Positions 43,183 through 52,927 of a stretch of DNA of 64,000 nucleotides are shown piece after piece. Within the stretch, counting starts at the first letter, position 1, and the number at the start of each line of letters is the position of its first letter. The notes under the pieces are model-generated. The model did not search any database, was not told where the DNA came from, and saw only the letters and a program-made list of their open reading frames with translations. The position numbers and the translations under genes were made by a program. The stretch comes from Bdellovibrionota bacterium (GTDB lineage: Bacteria; Bdellovibrionota_C; UBA2361; JAAYZI01), in assembly GCA_050950765.1 (NCBI GenBank), contig JBMNIF010000003.1, forward strand, positions 448,001 through 512,000. The letters run 5' to 3'.

Positions 43183-44235
43183 ATGATAAGCATAATAATT
43201 ATAGACCAAGGAAAAGGTGTCTTAGGGCGAAGAGGGGCAATGGATGCTATGCGTTCCGTTATCCCTGCTGATACAAATATCAACAGTCTAGATAATTCTA
43301 ATATTGAGCGCTTACGCGCTTTAGTATCAGAGATGAAAGATGAAGAATTAATTTTGTTCATCAACTCTAACGCCACAAAAGATCTAGTTGCAATGAAAAG
43401 GATCGTTGATGAAGCTACTGCAAAGCACAGTCATGAGATCATGATTGCTTCATGTATGGCTGATAATGATGAGATTAAACTTCCCAAACTAACACCATCA
43501 CACCTTGTTAGTGGTGTTTCTGAGTGTGATTTATGGCCAATAGGTTGTATCGCAGTACGTGCTTCATTTTTACATGCACACTTACGAACGGAAAAATCGA
43601 TCTCTGAGATCTTAATTTACTCTTTATGCGATGCGGGAATGAACAACATCCCGATCAAAACTTTCGATAGTCAGGTGAAGCTTAACCACAATCTTGACGA
43701 TGAAATTTGTATGATGTTTGCCGAACAACGTGCACGTTTATTGAATTATGTCGTTAATTCTTGCAACATTGAAGAGCTTTTTCCAAACCATCCTTGGAGC
43801 AAATACGAAACAGAATCTGCAGCAGCAAGTTATCAAACTTTAGCTGCTATATTCTACAAACTAGGAGATATTCAGGATGCCAAAGAGTGTCTCTCTTTGA
43901 GTGATAAACTTGAAGAGAGTCCTAGATCTTTAGCGCTTAGAGCGCTAATTGCAATGGATAATGGCGAAGCTCTCGGTGCTGTTGCTAACCTTATTTCAAG
44001 CTTGCAACGTTATGAGGTTAGAAAACGTAATGACAACGAAGATCATTATTTAACTTTCACTCCTCAAGATTTAGAAAAGATTAATGAACACTTAAATCAA
44101 GGACTGGAAGCTTTAAATCAACAAAACAATGTAGTTGCAGCGCACCATTTCGCAGCAGCGGTTTTTGATTTTGATGATTTTTATAAAGAAAATGGTGTTG
44201 ATGCTCTGTCAACACAGGGCGCAGAGCAGATATAA
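43183..44235 (+). CDS. Hypothetical protein with a C-terminal TPR-like region
   Basis: ATG after GAGGG; the ORF track starts at 43120. Helical TPR-like C-terminal half. Confidence 0.65.
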   Translation: MISIIIIDQGKGVLGRRGAMDAMRSVIPADTNINSLDNSNIERLRALVSEMKDEELILFINSNATKDLVAMKRIVDEATAKHSHEIMIASCMADNDEIKLPKLTPSHLVSGVSECDLWPIGCIAVRASFLHAHLRTEKSISEILIYSLCDAGMNNIPIKTFDSQVKLNHNLDDEICMMFAEQRARLLNYVVNSCNIEELFPNHPWSKYETESAAASYQTLAAIFYKLGDIQDAKECLSLSDKLEESPRSLALRALIAMDNGEALGAVANLISSLQRYEVRKRNDNEDHYLTFTPQDLEKINEHLNQGLEALNQQNNVVAAHHFAAAVFDFDDFYKENGVDALSTQGAEQI

Positions 44236-44240
44236 TCACT

Positions 44241-44347
44241 TTGTGGGTGGCATTAGTGCCACCCTTCAGGGATGACAGAGCGGGCATCGATTGCAGAACG
44301 GATTAGCCAGATCTTCACGGAGGTTAAAAAACTAGTGCCACCCACAA
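44241..44347. repeat. Miniature element: one A module inside 17-bp inverted repeats
   Basis: TTGTGGGTGGCATTAGT ... ACTAGTGCCACCCACAA (1 mismatch). Confidence 0.8.
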
Positions 44348-44357
44348 GTTAAAGCCC

Positions 44358-44972
44358 TTACTTTGATCTATTGCAGTAAAGAAAGATAAAAGCGCCTAAG
44401 ATTGCGCCAAGTGTATCAGCCAACATATCTTTTTGAGCGTCCCAGATATCGCCTTGAGAACCGAGAAATGCCGCACCAACTTCCCCACCATCTATTTCAG
44501 CATAAATCCACTCAATCAGCTCCCAAGCATTGGCTAGTGCCATAATAAAAATCACGCCGAAAAATGCCGCAACTTTTACAGAATTAACTCTTTTTGTCCT
44601 AAACAAAAACTCCGCCACACCAAAGGCATTAATACCGATAATAAAATGAGCAAACCTATCAAAATTATTACGCGTAAAACCGAAGAGAGAAGTAAAGAAA
44701 TCAAACGGTACCCGTTCAAACGAATAATGCGCACCTACTGTATGTAACACTAGCCAAAGAAAGACGATAAAATAGGCGGTATTAGAAAACTTAAAGAAAC
44801 GATAGGTCAGCACTAAGGCTAGCGTTACAATTAACACGCTGGAGATCTCAACATACCAAACTTTAATATCAAAAGGATTTATATATGACCAAATAATCAG
44901 GATGCTAAGAAGTAACAACAAAGTAACAGGAACAACTTTTTTTACAGATTTCATAAGATCACCATTTTTCAA
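44358..44972 (-). CDS. DUF2238 (YjdF-like) membrane protein
   Basis: GAHYSF..VP, RNNFDRFAH, WELIEW and FLGSQGDIWDAQKDM motifs. Confidence 0.85.
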   Translation of the reverse strand: MKNGDLMKSVKKVVPVTLLLLLSILIIWSYINPFDIKVWYVEISSVLIVTLALVLTYRFFKFSNTAYFIVFLWLVLHTVGAHYSFERVPFDFFTSLFGFTRNNFDRFAHFIIGINAFGVAEFLFRTKRVNSVKVAAFFGVIFIMALANAWELIEWIYAEIDGGEVGAAFLGSQGDIWDAQKDMLADTLGAILGAFIFLYCNRSK

Positions 44973-45061
44973 CTTTAAACTACCTCTTTAAGTAATTCCC
45001 CAACGTTATAACAAAACAATAAACTCTGAGGTAGCGCCAACTCCCGCCTTTGCTCACTACT

Positions 45062-45355
45062 TTTTTTACCTCCGTAAAAAACCTAACTAATTCGTTTTTT
45101 AGTTTCAGCCCGTTCCATCGTCACTAAAGGGTGAATTTTTAACCTCCGTGAAAATCTAGCTAATTCATTTTTTAATATCAGCCCGTTCGATTGTCCCTAA
45201 TAGGTGGTAATAAATTTTTACCTCCGTACAGACCTAGTTGACTCGTTCTGCAGTTTCAGCCCGTTCCATCGTCACTGAAGGGTGAATTTTTAACCTCCGT
45301 GAAAATCTAGCTAATTCATTTTTTAATATCAGCCCGTTCAACTCTCCCTAGTGCA
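45062..45355 (-). repeat. Array of four A modules with eroded cores
   Basis: Repeated TTTT(A)ACCTCCGT...CAGCCCGTTC units; cores reduced to AAGGGTG or AGGTGG. Confidence 0.8.
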
Positions 45356-45370
45356 ATAAATCACCCCGCA

Positions 45371-46462
45371 CTATTTAAGTTCTATTAACTCATATGCAGT
45401 GCTTCCTAACCCTAAACTTTCAGCATGCTCTATCTGACGAGTAGCATGTATCTCCGGCCACAATTCTTTAAAAATATCTCTTCCAAAAGTTTTTAATCCA
45501 AGATCATAGGCTGCCTTATCAACCGCAACAGGATCTGCACTTGCTAAGATCGCCACATCATTAAAAAGCACCGGATTGTGCCCACCTTCGCAGTCACAAT
45601 GCTTCGTTACATGATAAAAATAATTTATAAATACCGTTTTCCCCTTAGAACAGTGGTGTTTAGCAGCACCGTAAGCATATTCCGCCAACTTCTCTTGAAA
45701 GGTATCATTAACACCTGCCCAACTAAAAGTAATAGCCTCTCTCGTGCAAGCAGTATAACACCCACCACACCCAGTACACTTCTCTGAAAAAAGTGCCAAT
45801 TTTTTATCAATAACCTTTAACGCTTCATGATTACAAAATTGAGTACACACACCACAAGCCACACACTTTTTATAATTTATATGTGGTCGAAAATCTGAAT
45901 GTTGCGCCAACTTCCCAGCACGACTAGCCATCCCCATGCCAAGATTCTTAATAGCACCTCCGATACCAGCCATGCCATGACCTTTAACATGAGACAAAAC
46001 TACTAAGGAATCAAAGAAAGGAATATCCGGTACAAGATAAACTTTCTTAAAGTGCTTCCCGTCAATTTCTACTTCATGTCGTATCTGTCCGTTCAGACCA
46101 TCCATTATTACAATCGGCGCACCAACTTTATCAAAGGTAAAGCCGTGCTCATAAGCGATATTTAGGTGATCATACGTGTTTGAGCGTTGTCCGTGATAAA
46201 GTGTATTTGTTTCTACTAATAACGGTCGCCCTAATCTCTCTTTAATTTTACTGATAACAACTTTCGTCACTTCAGGTTTAATAAAGCCTTCATTATCTTT
46301 TTCACCGAAGTGTTGCTTTACTGCCACGATTTTATTTTTTGAAATAATTGAAAGGAGCTTTGATTCATGTAGAATTTGAGAGGTTTTTATTTTTAATTCA
46401 TCTAGAGACGCTTCTGCAGAAAGGGGAATCATCCATACTTTAGGTTTTTTAAGTTCTTCCAT
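45371..46462 (-). CDS. DUF362 Fe-S protein with two 4Fe-4S motifs
   Basis: KQHFGE, HVKGH, GGAIKNLGMG, two CxxCxxCxxxC motifs, CDC and DPVAVD. Confidence 0.88.
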   Translation of the reverse strand: MEELKKPKVWMIPLSAEASLDELKIKTSQILHESKLLSIISKNKIVAVKQHFGEKDNEGFIKPEVTKVVISKIKERLGRPLLVETNTLYHGQRSNTYDHLNIAYEHGFTFDKVGAPIVIMDGLNGQIRHEVEIDGKHFKKVYLVPDIPFFDSLVVLSHVKGHGMAGIGGAIKNLGMGMASRAGKLAQHSDFRPHINYKKCVACGVCTQFCNHEALKVIDKKLALFSEKCTGCGGCYTACTREAITFSWAGVNDTFQEKLAEYAYGAAKHHCSKGKTVFINYFYHVTKHCDCEGGHNPVLFNDVAILASADPVAVDKAAYDLGLKTFGRDIFKELWPEIHATRQIEHAESLGLGSTAYELIELK

Positions 46463-46532
46463 TCTTCCACCTGATAATTAACGACAAACGACAAAACGCT
46501 AGCTCACTAAAACGCTTCAAGAACAGATTGTT

Positions 46533-46665
46533 AGACCTGACTTCCGAGTGTAGGTACTTTTTAAATTTACCAATTTAGGATCAGTTTAGGATACCCACTT
46601 TTAGCAAAAATCTGAGTTTTTACCAACATCATAATATTATTGGATTATTATAATCTTAAGATTCA
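46533..46665 (-). repeat. Degenerate terminal module, second core and E module
   Basis: AGACCTGACTTCCGAGTGTAGGTACTTT...GGATACCCAC followed by a decayed IHF module. Confidence 0.65.
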
Positions 46666-46708
46666 AACACCTTAATCGCAAAGCTCACAACAAAGGAGGG
46701 TAATGCTA

Positions 46709-49108
46709 TTATTTTATTGAAAGTAAATGATAACTCTTTTGCTTAGTTAAAAGTGAACTTCTGTGTGATAATAAAGCTTCTTTTAGTACTGCCTTATCCT
46801 TGCTCGCATTGGAAAGAACAGCTTTTGCGTAGTTAAGTAGCAAGCGCCTGTCTTCTAATTCATTTTCAAGATATATCTTCATTGATGTAATTTCTGCCAA
46901 CCGTTCTGCCGTAGCAGCACGCTCCTTCTCTATGGCAGCAACCACAATAGGCTCTGCTTCTTTTAATTTGTCATTGTATTCTCGCACAGCGAAAACTACC
47001 TTCTCCTGCTGAGTAGCATCGTTCGGATTATAATAAGCCATCTCCGTTTCCTGTTGAACCTTATACGAAACGGCATTAAGCTCTCTCCAGATCTTATCGA
47101 CTTCAGGCGAGAATGGAGCAATTTCAGAAACCATTTGATAAACTTTATGCTCTTTTGCATAACGCTTACCACGACCAACCCAGATTACATTTTTATTTTC
47201 CTGTAACTTCCCCTCTTTTTTTAGCTCCTTTAATTTCATCTCAAGATTGGCAATTTCCGATTCTTCTTGCTTTAAATTAAAGGTATCATCCCGTATCGGT
47301 GCCTCTGAAGATGCTAGACGCTCATCAATCCTCTCTATCCTTTTCTGAAGAGCGTCAACCTCTCCCTTTGACTCAAGTAATCCGATATTTTCTCTGCCAA
47401 GTACCTTCGTTAGCGGTGCACTTAAACCTCCCGCTCCATACGTTTCTTGCACTATTTCAGTTGCAGCCAACTCAAGCGCAGTTACCTCAAGTTGAGGCTC
47501 AGGTTTTTTAGCCGCTGTTTCTTTCGGAACGGCAATCTCCCCATCGTCTTTCTCCACATCTTCTTTCGGAACAACAACCTCACTATCCTCTTTCGGAGCA
47601 GGAACCTCAGTTTCATTAGATATATCTTCATCAAGGACAAGTTGAGGTTCAGGTTTGCTAACGATCTCGTCTTCCGAAATAATAACTTCAGTCTCGTTAG
47701 ATATATTTTCATCAAGACTCTGCAGGGTATCAGCATCATACTCTTTCGTTGTCTCAATTTTTTCAGGTAGATCATTTTCTTGTTGTAACGGCAACACTTC
47801 TTGAGGAGTAACGTTAAGAGCTATATTATTATCAGATATATCTTTCTCATTATCGGACATATCATCATTTTCATAACTTGCACTTAACGCCGCCATAATA
47901 GTAGAAGTGGTTGAGAAAGTATTTTTGGAATACGCCATATAAGCCACAACCACACATACAATACAAAACAGCCCGATTAAATTTATAAAGTATCTTCGTG
48001 AGTTTTTCTTATAAACTTCTCTCTCTATCTGCGCCGCATTTTCTAATAGAGACCCTGAAAAGATACTTTCAGAATTATTAAGTTCATTCCGTAAAAACGC
48101 CCCTTCTTCCGAATAAGATGTTTTCTCTTCAGGTATATTAAAGCTCTCCTCATCCGAAAGTGTTTGATCGAGCTTCTCTGTCGTTTGTGCATCAGCGTGT
48201 GTTATTTCATTAGCTAAATTTTCCGACTGCTGGATAGGCTCGTCTTCTAACGTGCCCTCAAAAGTATCATTTGCTGAATCTCCTTCAAGATCATCAACAA
48301 CACTCAACCCTTCGGCATCAAGCTCTCTCTGTTTTTTTCCAATATTAATACCAAATTCGATGGCTATGCAGGTTATATTATCAACACCACCGTGTTTATT
48401 CGCTAAATCAACTAATGCCTGCGCCACATCCTCTGTCGGTGTACTATTAAAAATATTTAAGATCTCCTGATTGTCCACCATATTATAAAGACCATCAGAA
48501 CATATTAAATATTTATCTCCGTTCATAGGATTTGATGGGCATGGCCAACAATCAACCTCGACTAATGGAGTAGGTCCTAGCGATCTTGTCAGCATGTGCG
48601 AAATAGGGTGATTTTCAACTTGCCCTTCCGTAATAGCTCCAGATTTTAAAAGCTCAGATACAAGAGTATGATCTTCTGTTAGCTGTTCAATTCCTCCCTT
48701 TCTAATTCGATATGCCCTCGAATCTCCAACATTTAAAACAAACAGTTCAGAATCATGAAAATACAACCCTGCAACAGTAGTCCCCATCCCTGCCAACTCA
48801 GGTTGCTCAACACCACGATCAAAAATCGCAGAATTAGCTTGAATAGCAGCAGTCGCTAGATCTTCAACAGTTAAAGAGTTACGCCCTTCGATATATTCAG
48901 TAAAAATTCTTACCGCTAATTGCGACGCTACCGCTCCCCCCTTAACGCCGCCCATACCATCAGCCACGATAAAGAGGATATCTTTACCAACTTCAAAGAC
49001 AGAAACTGAATCCTGATTCTCTACCCGTCGTCGTCCCACGTCACTGCAAATAGAGTAACGTATGTTGTTGAGTACGCTATCTTCGATATGAGGAGCTAAG
49101 GTCGCCAT
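46709..49108 (-). CDS. PP2C-family Ser/Thr phosphatase with a TM helix and long C-terminal domain
   Basis: RRVENQD, VADGMGG, GMGTT, NVGDSR, CSDGL and GGVDNIT motifs; central TM; C-terminal coiled coil. Confidence 0.85.
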   Translation of the reverse strand: MATLAPHIEDSVLNNIRYSICSDVGRRRVENQDSVSVFEVGKDILFIVADGMGGVKGGAVASQLAVRIFTEYIEGRNSLTVEDLATAAIQANSAIFDRGVEQPELAGMGTTVAGLYFHDSELFVLNVGDSRAYRIRKGGIEQLTEDHTLVSELLKSGAITEGQVENHPISHMLTRSLGPTPLVEVDCWPCPSNPMNGDKYLICSDGLYNMVDNQEILNIFNSTPTEDVAQALVDLANKHGGVDNITCIAIEFGINIGKKQRELDAEGLSVVDDLEGDSANDTFEGTLEDEPIQQSENLANEITHADAQTTEKLDQTLSDEESFNIPEEKTSYSEEGAFLRNELNNSESIFSGSLLENAAQIEREVYKKNSRRYFINLIGLFCIVCVVVAYMAYSKNTFSTTSTIMAALSASYENDDMSDNEKDISDNNIALNVTPQEVLPLQQENDLPEKIETTKEYDADTLQSLDENISNETEVIISEDEIVSKPEPQLVLDEDISNETEVPAPKEDSEVVVPKEDVEKDDGEIAVPKETAAKKPEPQLEVTALELAATEIVQETYGAGGLSAPLTKVLGRENIGLLESKGEVDALQKRIERIDERLASSEAPIRDDTFNLKQEESEIANLEMKLKELKKEGKLQENKNVIWVGRGKRYAKEHKVYQMVSEIAPFSPEVDKIWRELNAVSYKVQQETEMAYYNPNDATQQEKVVFAVREYNDKLKEAEPIVVAAIEKERAATAERLAEITSMKIYLENELEDRRLLLNYAKAVLSNASKDKAVLKEALLSHRSSLLTKQKSYHLLSIK

Positions 49109-49298
49109 TAAAAGTTCTTCGCGTGTTTAAACAAAAAAAGATTATTGATTTATACTTTATTGAAAAGAGATCCGGCAGCATAAACGAGCACCCACCCTCT
49201 TCGCAATAAGCAGCACTGATTAGACGTCATCAGAAACGATATAGATTCAGGCATTTACGAAGAAAATGAGGTGGTCTTTTAAAATTGCAACCTTATTT

Positions 49299-49670
49299 TC
49301 CTGACTCCAAAGTGTAGATACTTTCTTCTTTTTAGGACACCCACTTTTAGCTAAATCTTAAGCTTACACTAACGTTTTGATATTATTAAGTTATTGTAAT
49401 TTTAGAGTTTGGGTGTCCTATTTGTATGCTTTGACCTCCGTCTAAATCTAGCTGATCTTGCTCTGCAATCGCGCCCGTTCCAATTTTTTGACCTACGTCT
49501 AGATCTACCTAGTGGGTGGCACCAAATTTTTAACCTCCGTCCAGATCTTTGACCTCCGTCTAAACCTAGCTGATCTTGCTCTGCAATCGCGCCCGTTCCA
49601 ATTTTTTGACCTACGTCTAGATCTAAGTGATCCGCTTTTCTGTTTCAGCCCCGTTTTATTACCCCTAGTA
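49299..49670 (-). repeat. Mosaic repeat array 5 (terminal module, IHF module between inverted second cores, A modules)
   Basis: TAGGACACCCA at 49333 and TGGGTGTCCTA at 49410; main core at 49514. Confidence 0.85.
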
Positions 49671-49709
49671 AGTGAAGAGAGCGTCCTTGAAGGATGAAGA
49701 TACCTTACT

Positions 49710-50615
49710 TTACCTTACATATTTCACAAATGGACGTTGTATAATAAAATCTTCGTCATAGACCTGACTAGCTAAACGATCTGCCAAGTTTCTATCTTTT
49801 TCAGGACCAGCAAGAACTCTATAAAATTGATCTCCAGCGACACTTGCTGACTCTATAACTGCGGGGAACCCCGTAGAACGCAATTTATACAATACCTCCT
49901 TCGCATCTCCCAAGTTCCTAAAAGAACCTACCTGCGCATACCAACCCCTACTTACCTTTTCGACCTGCTCCTGAGGCGGCTCAGGTTTTTTTTCAACATT
50001 GCTTAACTTCGGAGTTATCTTTTCCAGCTCCTGTTTCTCCTCTTCTACCTGCTTTTCCCCCTCTTCCTGTTTTTTTTCTTCTTCACCTTCTTTATATTTT
50101 TCAGCCTCTTTCTCTTCTAGCGGGCGTAGCAGCTTCCCCAGAGTCTCCTCCTTTTCATCTTGTTGAGAGAGGTCTTGTTGGGATAACGTTTTTTCCAACT
50201 GATCTACTTCAGCCTGCCCTAACAACTCTTTTTTATCACCTTCTTTTTTATCACTCTCTTCAATTAAAGCTGCTGCCAGATCCCCTATCATGGGAGCTCC
50301 CGCAGCGTCATCTATCGACTTTAAGACAGGCACTTCTCGCTCTTTTTGACTAGAATCGGCACCTTCAGCATGCTTAGATACTGTCCCAAGCTTGGCATAA
50401 ACATTAGAAACCTGCTCCGGATCTAACTGCTTTTTATACAAATTTCTTACTATCGGATATTTAGGAACTCCAACCAAAGCCTCATTCATAGCATTGTCAT
50501 ATCCGCTTTTTTGCCCAAAATAAAAACCGGACAAATAAGAGACAATCATAAATGCCATCACGACACCAACAATTGCTACCACCCAAAAGATGCTAAGCTT
50601 TATTTCCTTCTGCAT
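49710..50615 (-). CDS. SPOR-domain cell division protein (FtsN/DedD-like)
   Basis: TM anchor, charged linker, and C-terminal WYAQVGSF...YRVLAGP. The ORF track starts at 50681. Confidence 0.8.
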   Translation of the reverse strand: MQKEIKLSIFWVVAIVGVVMAFMIVSYLSGFYFGQKSGYDNAMNEALVGVPKYPIVRNLYKKQLDPEQVSNVYAKLGTVSKHAEGADSSQKEREVPVLKSIDDAAGAPMIGDLAAALIEESDKKEGDKKELLGQAEVDQLEKTLSQQDLSQQDEKEETLGKLLRPLEEKEAEKYKEGEEEKKQEEGEKQVEEEKQELEKITPKLSNVEKKPEPPQEQVEKVSRGWYAQVGSFRNLGDAKEVLYKLRSTGFPAVIESASVAGDQFYRVLAGPEKDRNLADRLASQVYDEDFIIQRPFVKYVR

Positions 50616-50653
50616 GAGATTACTACCAAAAGATACACAAGAACAAAAAAGTA

Positions 50654-51874
50654 TTAAGACTCTCCGAGCCAAGTCCCCCAAGTCTTGATTGTATCCGACA
50701 ATATACTATCTACACCAGTCAAAATCTCTCCAATTTCATCGGATATTTTTCCTTGATCTAGCGCAATCCGCAAAAGCGGATCTCCTGCTACCTCCAAAAC
50801 ACCGTATAAAAACTGAGACAAAACCAGAACATACTCTCGAACATTCCCATTTAACGCCGCATCCTTCAGAAAAAACGGCAAGAAAAAGCCTCTCCTCATA
50901 AGAAAACCTAATTTTTCAGGAACTTTTCTATAATCAGGGACAACAGAAGCGCTTTTCTTTAAAGACAATCTTTTAAATCTAATAGCGAGAGAGCTTAACA
51001 ACCATAAAAGATTATCACTCTCGGCGAACTTTGCCGTACAAAGTTGCAAATCCACACCTTGCTTCTCCCCTGCTAAATAAAAACACAAAGCCATTAAATC
51101 TTTTTCAGACCATTCTTCAAGGTTTTTAAGGTCAGACAGGTCATCACACCCTGATAGCCAGCCCCGCTGCGGACAAGATAATTGAACGTTATCACAGGTA
51201 GCAACTTTCTCATGATATAACTGATTAAACTCTCTCTTTTTGATTGACGAAGGCGCTAGCCATAAGTGAGTCTTAACTTCTTTTCTATCTTCAAGAACAG
51301 AATATAACTCTTCTTTAAGCTCCACACCTGAAAGTTCTTGCATCTGCTTTATCTGCCAAAAAATCTCGGAATAAATTTTCTTTAATGAAATCTCATCTTC
51401 AAAATTAAGAACTTTTTTCGCTCCAAAGGTAATATCAGTAGCAACTCCACAGATACGTGCAGAGACAAAATGCAACGCAGCTAAAGCACTCAATCTAAAA
51501 AACTCATCTTTAGAGGCATATCTTGAAAATGAAGGAAGCACGACGGAGATCTTCGTCGGCAAAGTTTCTGTAACGACACTAAAAGACCTCTCCCGCTCAT
51601 CCCAACTTTCCGCTAACGGCACTAAAAAAGCATTTAAAAAATCGTTCTCAAAAGAACACTGCCCTGAAAAATTCGTCGGTAGATTCGCAATAATTTCAGC
51701 CGCCACTTGGGCAGGTGAACAACGCAAAAACTTACCTATCCTTTGCGGACAATCACTAACAACATCACCATACGAAAGAGAAAGTACCGGAACAAAGAAG
51801 GCATCTCCGAGATATTCCGGCCAAAGTTTTTGCACTGTCTGTTTCAATTCAGCATTAGCTTTAAGAAAACTCAT
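50654..51874 (-). CDS. Arginyl-tRNA synthetase-like protein lacking catalytic motifs
   Basis: YGD...SPAQVAAEI...FLNAFL resembles the ArgRS N-domain and the C-terminus is DALR-like. No HIGH or KMSK motif. Syntenic with a SPOR gene. Confidence 0.6.
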   Translation of the reverse strand: MSFLKANAELKQTVQKLWPEYLGDAFFVPVLSLSYGDVVSDCPQRIGKFLRCSPAQVAAEIIANLPTNFSGQCSFENDFLNAFLVPLAESWDERERSFSVVTETLPTKISVVLPSFSRYASKDEFFRLSALAALHFVSARICGVATDITFGAKKVLNFEDEISLKKIYSEIFWQIKQMQELSGVELKEELYSVLEDRKEVKTHLWLAPSSIKKREFNQLYHEKVATCDNVQLSCPQRGWLSGCDDLSDLKNLEEWSEKDLMALCFYLAGEKQGVDLQLCTAKFAESDNLLWLLSSLAIRFKRLSLKKSASVVPDYRKVPEKLGFLMRRGFFLPFFLKDAALNGNVREYVLVLSQFLYGVLEVAGDPLLRIALDQGKISDEIGEILTGVDSILSDTIKTWGTWLGES

Positions 51875-51961
51875 TTTTAGATCTCACAAAACAAAGGTGT
51901 TAAGTTTCTCCTGTGTAATATCCGTAATATCTTTTTTTTCAGTAACGACATAAGAGTTGTA

Positions 51962-52921
51962 TTACTTCCCAGAGCTACACAGATCAACACACTTTTTTAT
52001 AAACTTTTTACCGAGTTGATATTTTAATTGATATCCGACTCTCTGTTCAGAAGTAGCAAAAGAGTACGCCCTTGCCATAAAGTATAAGAACCTCTCTTCT
52101 AAAGGATATATCACTAAATCATTCAAGGAATGAAGAAAATCATTTATAGACCTTGCATCTACAAGATCTAAAAACATAAAGACATCATAGCGATCCAATA
52201 AGTAAAAAATAGCTACTGGATCTTTTTCCACCGTGATTTTCTGAATCTCTTTAATTAAACGTGTGCCTGAAACCGTTTTTAACGCCCCTGTTTCCACCCC
52301 CTCTACAAGAAGCCTTTCAGTTTTCTTTTCAAAAGATCCTCCTATCCTCACACTGTAACGACAGCCGCGAAAAATTCTAGTCGGGTCGTCAAGAAAGCTT
52401 TTGTCGTGCAAAACACGGATCTGATTAAACTTCAGATCTTGTTTACCATTAAAAAAATCTAAGATGGCGTGCTCTGCTTGTAGTGTAAGATGACCTTTTT
52501 CAATACAATCTATAAACTCTTCCAACGAAAGAGCCATAGCATTGATAGAAAAGTCTCTCCGTTTTAGATCTTCAACAACACTTGCAGCAGTTACAGTCGG
52601 TAAGGCTCCGCCCCTTTCATAGTATTCACTTCTTGCCCTTGCAATATCGATCTCCTTACAAGGTAACCACTTAGAAGGCAATTCAACTTTTACTGACATA
52701 AAAGATGTGAACTTTTGCAATTTGCCGTCCACAATACTCGTAACACGTTTAGCTAATGTTGAAACTTCTCCATCAAGCACAAGATCAATATCATTACTTC
52801 TAAACGGCTTCTCCCCCAGAAGGTCTCTGACACCACCTCCAACAACAAAAAGAGAAAGATTCAATGTCGCTGCTTCTTTTTGCAATATTTGCAAGAGATC
52901 TTTATAAGTGCCCTCTATCAT
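51962..52921 (-). CDS. Class II tRNA nucleotidyltransferase (CCA- or A-adding-like)
   Basis: VGGGVRD, DIDLV, EDLKRRDFSINAMA and DDPTRIFR motifs. Confidence 0.85.
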   Translation of the reverse strand: MIEGTYKDLLQILQKEAATLNLSLFVVGGGVRDLLGEKPFRSNDIDLVLDGEVSTLAKRVTSIVDGKLQKFTSFMSVKVELPSKWLPCKEIDIARARSEYYERGGALPTVTAASVVEDLKRRDFSINAMALSLEEFIDCIEKGHLTLQAEHAILDFFNGKQDLKFNQIRVLHDKSFLDDPTRIFRGCRYSVRIGGSFEKKTERLLVEGVETGALKTVSGTRLIKEIQKITVEKDPVAIFYLLDRYDVFMFLDLVDARSINDFLHSLNDLVIYPLEERFLYFMARAYSFATSEQRVGYQLKYQLGKKFIKKCVDLCSSGK

Positions 52922-52927
52922 CAGATC

